The notes beneath the pieces were generated by a model. That model saw only the letters and a program-made list of their open reading frames with translations, did no database searches and was not told the DNA's origin. 7,260 bases of DNA from Octopus sinensis (lineage: Eukaryota), in contig NW_021828935.1 of NCBI RefSeq assembly GCF_006345805.1, positions 1 to 7,260 on the forward strand, in the 5' to 3' direction. The translations under genes were made by a program, and so were the position numbers. Within the stretch, counting starts at the first letter, position 1. Every line of letters begins with the position of its first letter. Below are positions 1-7,214 of the stretch, one piece after another.

Positions 1-245
1 AAAATATTTGGTAGACACCCGGCGATAACAATGCTTACCAATAGATGATGGGGGATGATGATCGATATACTTTTTATCAGAAATGTTGAAGGAATTTTCT
101 TTCGAATTCCTTTAGAATTAATTTTTATAAAACAATGCATTATCAATATTTTAAATGAGTTCTGGGATAGATCCAGGAAATTCATTAATTATTTATCTCC
201 TTCACCTCCTCTTCTTCATCATCGTCATCATTATCAAAGAAAACC

Positions 246-271
246 ATTATTATATTATTGGTATTATTATA

Positions 272-322
<51 letters not shown>

Positions 323-333
323 CATCATCATCA

Positions 334-402
<69 letters not shown>
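246..402. repeat. Compound trinucleotide microsatellite (TTA)n-(TCA)n-(TTA)n
   Basis: Read directly: long TTA run, a short TCA block at about 320-335, then TTA to 402. It explains the poly-L/Y/I/N ORFs at 55-578. Confidence 0.97.
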
Positions 403-403
<1 letters not shown>

Positions 404-504
404 TAAATAATAATGATATAATAACAAATTTATAATACAAAAAATTCCAGATCTCAAGAAACAGGCACTGGGAAAATACTAAGCGTATGGAAACCCGTGC
501 TAAA

Positions 505-741
505 AACTGCTGCCTTAGATATCTTACTGATAAATGACAAGAAAAACCCTCAATGGCAAATACCCAAAGAGAGCTCATAGTGCCGATGTTGACAAAGCCC
601 TACCCATCAATGATTAGTGTCTTCTGGCACAAAATCAGAACAGAAGGGTTTTGTCAACATCGGAACTATAAGCTCTTTTCGGGTATTGTCCTTGTGAGGT
701 TTTTCTTGTCATTGTCAGTAAGAATATCTAAGGCAGCAGTT
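505..741. repeat. Long imperfect inverted repeat (arms 505-601 and 645-741, 43-nt spacer); possible fold-back/MITE-like element or hairpin RNA
   Basis: Left arm aactgctgccttagatatcttactgataaatgacaagaaaaacc...ccgatgttgacaaagccct aligns with the reverse complement of 645-741 (aactgctgccttagatattcttactgacaatgacaagaaaaacc...ccgatgttgacaaaaccct). About 86 of ~99 columns match by manual alignment. Confidence 0.95.
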
Positions 742-816
742 GTTGTCGTTGTTGTTGTTGTTGTTGTTGTTCTATTATTATTATTATTATTATTATTTTA
801 TATTATTATTATTATT
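738..816. repeat. Compound microsatellite (GTT)n-(TTA)n
   Basis: Read directly. Confidence 0.95.
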
Positions 817-1047
817 AGGCGGAAGAGCTGGCAGAATCGGAGCAGCTGGCAGAATCGTTAGCACGCTGGATGAAATGCTTAGCGATAGTTCGCCCGTCGC
901 TACGTTCTTAGTTCAAATTCCGCCGAAATCAACTTTGCCTTTCATCCTTTCGGGGTCGATAAATCAAGTACCAGTTGAACACTGGGGTCGATGTAATCGA
1001 CTTGTTCCCTCCCCACAAATTTTAGCTTTGTGCCTTTAGCAGAAAGG
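817..1047 (+). mobile_element. tRNA-derived SINE, family F2, full length, embedded in TTA/ATT repeats
   Basis: Pol III A-box-like TGGCAGAATCG (duplicated within 826-857) and B-box GTTCAAATTCC (911-921). Body ttcatcctttcggggtcgataaatcaagtaccag...ggggtcgatgtaatcgac is the reverse complement of the copies at 5004-5420. Ends ...gcagaaagg followed by (ATT)n. Confidence 0.9.
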
Positions 1048-1137
1048 ATTATCATTATTATTTTTATTTTTATTATTATTATTATTGTAGTTGTTGTTGT
1101 TGTTGCTGCTGCTGCTGCTGCTGCTTTTGTTATTATT
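1048..1137. repeat. Compound microsatellite (ATT)n-(GTT)n-(GCT)n, probably including the SINE tail
   Basis: Read directly, immediately after the F2 SINE body. Confidence 0.9.
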
Positions 1138-1508
1138 CCGATTGATACAGGAATTTTTAAAGGAGTCAAAACTTTATACATTGTGGAATCATAACGTATA
1201 GAATTAGCGTTAGAGTTATATCCAAAAATATCTGAAGAACATGTTATTGGAATCTTTTGACACGATTTTGAGGAAATTTTGTAAAAATTTGATGTTTTTC
1301 GAGGGGAAAAGAATAAATTTAGTAGTCCTGTTTAGAAGGCAGCAATGAAAAGCTTTCACATAAATATTCCTTTCGAAAATATGCATAAGTAGAGGATGAC
1401 AACAACAATTTTATTATTATTGGCTCACCTCATGGGTTTTAGTTCATTGACACGTGTGTCGCTAGTAGTCTTCACTCAATGATCACATTTACATTGTCTC
1501 GTTACCCT

Positions 1509-1549
1509 GTTTATTTATATATTTATATATTTATTTATTTATTTATTCA
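1509..1549. repeat. (TATT)n/(TA)n low-complexity tract
   Basis: tttatttatatatttatatatttatttatttatttattc. Confidence 0.8.
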
Positions 1550-1664
1550 TAATTCCATTGTTTTTTTTTACGTAACTCAGCCTTCGCATATTGACATCGA
1601 GGAATTTGAAAAGAATACAATAATATTCTCAGTCAATAATTTCAGACATCTTTTTAAACAACAC

Positions 1665-1688
1665 ATGATAATAATAATAATAATAATG

Positions 1689-1748
<60 letters not shown>

Positions 1749-1781
1749 GTGATGATGATGATGATGATGATGATGATAATA

Positions 1782-1826
<45 letters not shown>

Positions 1827-1916
1827 GTGATGATGATGATGATGATGATGATGATGACGATGATGAAGATAATGATGATGATGATGATGATGATAATAAT
1901 AATAGTAATAATAATA

Positions 1917-1947
<31 letters not shown>

Positions 1948-1995
1948 TGTAATAATAATAATGGTGATGATGATGATATAATAATAATAATAATA

Positions 1996-2040
<45 letters not shown>

Positions 2041-2110
2041 TGATGATGATGATAATAATAATAATAATATAATAATAATAATAATAATATAATAATAATA
2101 ATAATAATGG

Positions 2111-2153
<43 letters not shown>

Positions 2154-2319
2154 AATAATAATAGTAATAATCTAATAATAATAATAATAATAATAATAAT
2201 GTAATAATAATAATGGTGATGATGATGATAATAATAATAATGTTAATAATAATGATAATAATAATAATAATGAAAATAATAATAATAATAATAATGATAA
2301 TGAAAAATAATAATAATGG

Positions 2320-2403
<84 letters not shown>

Positions 2404-2455
2404 AAATAATAATAATAATAATTTGAATAATGATAGTAATAACAATAATAATAAT
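1665..2455. repeat. ~790-bp compound (AAT)n/(GAT)n microsatellite with higher-order structure
   Basis: Alternating AAT and GAT blocks. Six GAT blocks start with a GGT variant (1748, 1826, 1963, 2109, 2215, 2318). Contains 1-nt frame slips (AATGT, ATAT). Confidence 0.97.
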
Positions 2456-2650
2456 TCTCTGAAGCTATCGCTTAAGAGAATGTGTTAAATGATTTCTGAG
2501 CTATACAATTGAGTGGATGCGATCAGATCTAAAGAGAAACACAGTGGATATGAATAGATTAATTTTCGTGTGAATAGCTTTGAATTATGAACAGCTTGCT
2601 AGGCAGTATTTTAGCGCTGAACAGTTGTTACACTTCCTCGTATGTTTCCT

Positions 2651-2864
2651 GGGGTTTTTCTTTTACAGGTATTGAAGCAAGATTTCCTTTTGGGGAAATA
2701 ATGGTTTAACAAAGACATCCTTTCGCTAGCACGTACAATAATCTGAACTCGGGGAAAAATACGACTACACATGCTGCTTGCAGTTAGAAAGTCGATGGCA
2801 TGTTTGAAAATGTTTCAAAGACTTAAAAGACAAAAAAAAAAAAGATAAAAAATATATAAATAAA
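2651..2864 (+). other. Candidate 3' splice acceptor (AG 2667-2668) with possible short terminal exon and AATAAA (2859-2864)
   Basis: ggggtttttcttttacag|GT is a good acceptor. All frames stop within about 14 codons (VLKQDFLLGK* or xIEARFPFGEIMV*). No transcript support. Confidence 0.2.
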
Positions 2865-3050
2865 GTAAAAAAAAAAACAACCCAGTAACAACAACGACAA
2901 TAACATATGATTCCATCTAAACAAAACGAAATTTCGAAGAGAAAGAAAAGACAAATTGAATAACGGTTTATTATTTTTCATTCTTTGGAAAGCATGACGT
3001 GGGAAGGAAAGAATTTTACAATAATAATCGAAACAATTAAGAAAACATAC

Positions 3051-3159
3051 CTATCACTTCTTGTGACTTTTGTTTCTTTTTTTTTTCTTGATCTTTCTTT
3101 TGGGTAGGTGTGAACTGAACTGGCGATTCTTGTCTTGAACAAGACAATGTATTTCACAA
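3051..3159 (-). other. Candidate 109-nt internal exon (minus strand)
   Basis: Minus strand reads ttgattatttcttag|TTGTG...GTGATAG|gtatgt. One frame is open: VKYIVLFKTRIASSVHTYPKERSRKKKETKVTRSD. No recognisable homology. Confidence 0.2.
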
Positions 3160-3361
3160 CTAAGAAATAATCAACTGAGAATTTTTGGTAAAAGTAAGCT
3201 GTTAGTAGGGAATTATAGATATGGAAATTCTAGAAGCTTCTGTAAGTAAGTAAAGTGGGTGTAAATACACAATATAGTTTCGTGTACCGTTCATGGAGTT
3301 TTCAAATATCATAACGCAACAGTTGCCATTGGTTAGTTTATGGTAAACAAATGTGGAACTG

Positions 3362-3592
3362 TTTTACTCTTTTACTCTTTTACTTGTTTCAGTCATTTGA
3401 CTGCGGCCATGCTGGAGCACCGCCTTTAATCGAGCAACTCGACCCCGGGACTTATTGTTTTTTGTAAGCCCAGTACTTATTCTATCGGTCTATTTTGCCG
3501 AACCGCTAAGTAACGGGGACATAAACACACCAGCATCGGTTGTCAAGCAATGCTAGGGGCACAAACACACACACACAAACACACACACGCAT

Positions 3593-3631
<39 letters not shown>

Positions 3632-3799
3632 TACGACGGGCTTCTTTCAGTTTCCGTCTACCAAATCCACTCACAAGGCTATTGTCGGCCCGAGGCTATA
3701 GTAGAAGACACCTGCCCAAGGTGCCACGCAGTGGGACTGAACTCGGAACCATGTGGTTGGTAAACAAGCTACTTACCACACAGCCACTCCTGCGCCTAT
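3362..3799 (-). mobile_element. tRNA-derived SINE, family F1, full-length young copy with internal (TA)n/(TG)n and (GAGTAAAA)n tail
   Basis: On the minus strand: A-box TGGCTGTGTGG (3786-3776), B-box GAGTTCAGTCC (3744-3734), then accttgggcaggtgtctt (CORE-domain-like from memory), an internal microsatellite (~3563-3633), and a 3' module ending tgactgaaacaagtaaaagagtaaaagagtaaaa. Closely matches 5755-6203. Confidence 0.92.
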
Positions 3800-3834
3800 A
3801 GCCACTCCTGTTTTCTGGGATTACATTTCTCGGC

Positions 3835-4281
3835 CTCCTTTAGTCGTTGAATTGCGGTCATGCTGGAGCACCACTTTGTGGGATGAGTCGAAGCAATTTC
3901 AGTCACTATACTTATTTTAAGTTTGCTACTTGTTTTATCGTTTCCTTTTGCCGAACCGCTATGTTGTGGGAATGTAGACAAACCAACACTAGTTGCCAAA
4001 CGGTGAAAAAATATACACGTAGATACACAATCACAAATAGACAGACAGAAAGACAGGCAGGCAGACAGGCGGACGGACGGATAGACAAACAGACAGACAA
4101 GCAAATGACTGACGGTTTTCTGCACAAGTTTCGTTTACCAAATTTATTCACATGACATTGGTCTGCTCGGTGCTATAGTAGAAAACACTTGCCCAAGGTG
4201 TCTCACTGTAGAACTGAACCCGGAACTACCTGGCTGGAAAGCGAACTACTTATCCACACAGCCATGCTTGCAACTGCCTAT
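3835..4281 (-). mobile_element. Older, diverged F1-type SINE copy with internal (GACA/GGCA)n
   Basis: Collinear with 3362-3799: gcggtcatgctggagcacc, ttttgccgaaccgcta, internal tetranucleotide repeat 4040-4100, gctatagtagaaaacacttgcccaaggtg, ccacacagcca, ...cctat. Many substitutions. Confidence 0.85.
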
Positions 4282-4301
4282 CAAATATAAAACAATAAGC
4301 G

Positions 4302-4500
4302 TAGGCAGCAGAAAGAGTTGTCAAAATATAAGCTCTCACTTTGCCCTCAACTCCATGTTTTGAGTTCGATTCCTGTTATGGGCAGTTTTTATGTCGTTCA
4401 TCACGGAACCGATAAAATTAGTACCGATAACGTGACTGTGATTCTTCATTCGATATTTAATTCCTTGTGTATGTTTGTCGCCACTTGGCCACGCACCTTC
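4302..4500 (+). mobile_element. Highly decayed tRNA-derived SINE related to F2 (boundaries approximate)
   Basis: B-box GTTCGATTCC at 4364-4373. ttcatcacggaaccgataaaattagtacc (4397-4425) aligns to F2 ttcatcctttcggggtcgataaattaagtacc. The A-box is degenerate. Confidence 0.55.
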
Positions 4501-4770
4501 ACTACAACATAGCTTCGTGACAACCACAAAACTGTAGTCTACAGTTATAATAGGTTTTTTGGGAAAAGGAAAGCCTATAGAACAATACTTTGGTACTAAT
4601 CCAACACATTAGACCCTCGTTTTCCTGTCAAGCTTAACGCTCACCAAAGTTAAATTAGAAAATAATACAAGGTTCAGGAAATAGTCCCTGATTTGCATTA
4701 TGCTCTATCGACTGACGGTTAGGATGTTGCGCTAGTGATCGCAAGATGGTGGTTGCGATTATGGGTACGG

Positions 4771-4915
4771 GCGGTTCTGCAAAAAAGACCGATAGAATAA
4801 GTACTAGGCTTATAAAGAATAAGTCTTGGGGTCGATTTCTTCCAGTGACACCTTTTAAGGTGGTGCTCCAGCATCGACGCAGTAAAATGACTGAAGCAAG
4901 TAAAAGACTAAAAGA
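4771..4915 (+). mobile_element. 3' module of F1-type SINE (head absent)
   Basis: gcggttctgcaaaaaagaccgatagaataagtactaggc...ggtggtgctccagcatcgacgcagtaaaatgactgaagcaagtaaaagactaaaaga is the reverse complement of the 3' part of the copies at 3362 and 5755. Confidence 0.88.
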
Positions 4916-4985
4916 ACACACACACACACATATGTATGCATCTATGTATATGTATATAAGTATGTGTGTGTGTGTGTGTACACAA
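4916..4985. repeat. (CA)n-(TG)n dinucleotide tract
   Basis: Read directly. Confidence 0.9.
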
Positions 4986-5003
4986 GCTTATATACACACA
5001 TAC

Positions 5004-5420
5004 CTATTTCTTTACTACCCACAAGGGGTTAAACACAGAGAGAACAAACAAGGACAAACAAACGGATTAAGTCGATTACATCGACCCCAGTGCGTAACTG
5101 GTACTTAATTTATCGACCCCGAAAGGATGAAAGGCAAAGTCGACCTCGGCGGAATTTGAACTCAGAACGTAGCGGCAGACGAAATACCTATTTCTTTATT
5201 ACCCACAAGGGGCTAAACACAGAGAGGACAAACAAGGACAGACAAACGGATTAAGTCGATTGCATCGACCCCAGTGCGTAACTGGTACTTAATTTATCGA
5301 CCCCGAAAGGATGAAAGGCAAAGTCGACCTCTGCGGAATTTGAACTCAGAACGTAGCGGCAGACGAAATACCGGTAAGCATTTCGCCCAGCGTGCTAACG
5401 ATTCTGCCAGCTCACCGCCT
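5004..5420 (-). mobile_element. F2 SINE with tandemly duplicated 184-bp body, flanked by 16-bp TSD
   Basis: Units 5000-5183 and 5184-5367 differ at 6 positions. Single head 5368-5420 with A-box (5409-5399). B-boxes at 5161-5151 and 5345-5335. Direct repeat ttatatacacacatac at 4988-5003 and 5421-5436. Confidence 0.93.
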
Positions 5421-5487
5421 TTATATACACACATACTGTATTGGAATTTAACTACGCACAACTACTCACCACTTCTCAGCTGTTTCT

Positions 5488-5582
5488 ATGTGTGTGTGCA
5501 TGTGCGTGTGTGCATGTATGTGTGTATGCAAGTGTATCTGAGTAAGTGCATGTATGTCTGAATTCTACATCTGTTTCTGTGT

Positions 5583-5618
<36 letters not shown>

Positions 5619-5754
5619 TGTGAGTATGTAAGTGTGTGTTTATGCGCACACAAATGTGTGCATACGTGTGCGTGTATGGATCTATGTACATACGCATGCA
5701 TGTGTGTGTATGTATGTGTGTATTTGTCTTCAGTGTGTACGTACTTTGTGTATA
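5488..5754. repeat. Degenerate (TG)n/(TATG)n low-complexity tract
   Basis: Read directly. Pure (TG)n at about 5585-5615. Confidence 0.9.
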
Positions 5755-5991
5755 CTCTCTCTTTTACTCTTTCATTTGTTTCAGTCATTTGATTGGGGCC
5801 ATGCTGGAGCACCGCCTTTAATCGAGCAACTCGACCCCGGGACTTATTCTTTTGTAAGCCCAGTACTTATTCTATCGGTCTCTTTTGTCGAACCGCTAAG
5901 CAACGGGGACACAAACACACCAGCATCGGTTATCAAGCAATGCTAGGGGGACAAACACAGACACACAAACACACACACGCATATATATAAC

Positions 5992-6035
<44 letters not shown>

Positions 6036-6203
6036 CGGCGGGCTTCTTTCAGTTTCCGTCTACCAAATCCACTCACAAGGCTTTGGTCGGCCCGAGGCTA
6101 TAGTAGGAGAGACTCTTACCCAAGGTGCCACGCAGTGGGACTGAACCTGGAACCATGTGGTTGGTAAACAAGCTACTTTCCACACAGCCCCTCCTGTTCC
6201 TAT
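5755..6203 (-). mobile_element. tRNA-derived SINE, family F1, full-length young copy
   Basis: Collinear and highly similar to 3362-3799, including the internal (CA)n/(TA)n at ~5950-6035. B-box GGTTCAGTCC (6147-6138). A-box first base changed (GGGCTGTGTGG). Confidence 0.92.
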
Positions 6204-6536
6204 GTGTGTATATATGTGCGTATGAGTGTATGTGTAACTAAGTATGTCTGCGTATGTGCATACGCGTGTGCGTCTATGAGCAAGTGCGTTTGAGTGTGTG
6301 TGAGTCACCATGTGTGCGTGTTATCCCGTGAATGTGTGTGTGTATGCGTGTTTGTCTTCAGTGTGTATGTGCTCTGTATATATGTGTGCATGTATGTACG
6401 TACGGGTGTATGTGTATGTAAGTATATGTGCATACGTGAGTGCTGCTATGAGCATATTCGTGTGTGTGAGTCGCTAAGTGCGTGTGTTATGCTCTGTGTG
6501 TCTATGTGTGTGTATGTATGTGTGTGTGTGTGTGTT

Positions 6537-6577
<41 letters not shown>

Positions 6578-6585
6578 TGTATATG
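6204..6585. repeat. Degenerate TG-rich tract with cryptic ~170-bp periodicity
   Basis: Recurring words: ctatgagca (6274, 6446), gtgtgtgagtc (ending 6306, 6472), and tttgtcttcagtgtgta (6351; also 5723). Confidence 0.85.
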
Positions 6586-6714
6586 TGAACAATGGCTGCG
6601 GCATTGTTTCAAGCTAGCTGCTATTGTAACGTACACAGAGTCCAATCATCTTGGCTTTCTTATTGGCCACACACTTTGTCAGAGACATCTTGTCAGCAGA
6701 TGGAATATTTAGTA

Positions 6715-6787
6715 TACACACAGGCACACAGAAGCGAACACACCCATACTCATTCACATGCATACGCGCACGCATGGACACACGCAA

Positions 6788-6829
<42 letters not shown>

Positions 6830-7163
6830 GCATATATGAACCTTTGTGAGTTGTGTGTGTGAGTATATATTTGTGTAAATGATTACTCATGTATGCATAA
6901 ATGTATGTATATGTATACAAATACACACACATATAGATAGTGAGATGGCTAGTTAGCCAGTTATATGTAGATATATGTGCGTATGTATATAAATATTGTA
7001 AGTATATATATATATGCCGACATGCATATATTCGTGTAGTATATATGTATACATGTGTGCATAAATATATACGTATACACACATACATATACATATTTAG
7101 ATGTGTATATATAAATAGATATAGATATGCATATCTGTATATATATATATATATGTCTCTCTC

Positions 7164-7214
<51 letters not shown>

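Noticed and set aside
153-185. Minus-strand peptide MNFLDLSQNSF resembling a leucine-rich-repeat unit
   Set aside because: A single short match with no further LRR units and a stop two codons upstream; likely chance.
520-550. Possible hammerhead ribozyme core in the hairpin arms (ctgataa...gaaa)
   Set aside because: It lacks the conserved CUGANGA core, and the required three-helix junction is not present.
1126-1390. Plus-frame, protein-like text with several stops (IDTGIFKGVKTLYIVES*RIELALELYPKISEEHVIGIF*...)
   Set aside because: I cannot assign it to any family, and it has five stops in about 85 codons. A tBLASTx hit would be needed to call it a pseudogene or transposon relic.
1560-1665. 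Plus-strand acceptor at 1580 followed by PSHIDIEEFEKNTIIFSVNNFRHLFKQH
   Set aside because: No credible donor before the frame runs into the microsatellite, and no recognisable homology.
55-2488. Long ORFs with poly-L/I/Y/N/M/S/D runs (e.g. 1654-2445, 263 aa)
   Set aside because: These are translations of trinucleotide microsatellites. The repeats contain frame slips, and there is no recognisable domain.
3720-3799. tRNA-like A/B boxes here and at 826-921, 4364, 5335-5409, 6138-6190
   Set aside because: These are SINE heads followed by SINE bodies, and no complete cloverleaf is evident. They are not tRNA genes.
4691-4698. Octamer ATTTGCAT
   Set aside because: An isolated 8-mer with no proximal sequence element or snRNA gene nearby; not interpretable alone.
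5000-5367. CRISPR-like or prokaryotic repeat interpretation of the direct repeats
   Set aside because: There are two contiguous 184-bp SINE units without spacers, in eukaryotic context with no cas genes.
6588-6670. Small hairpin aacaatg-N7-cattgtt and opposed CCAAT/ATTGG words in a short unique island
   Set aside because: A 7-bp AT-rich stem and 5-mers are expected by chance, and there is no promoter context.
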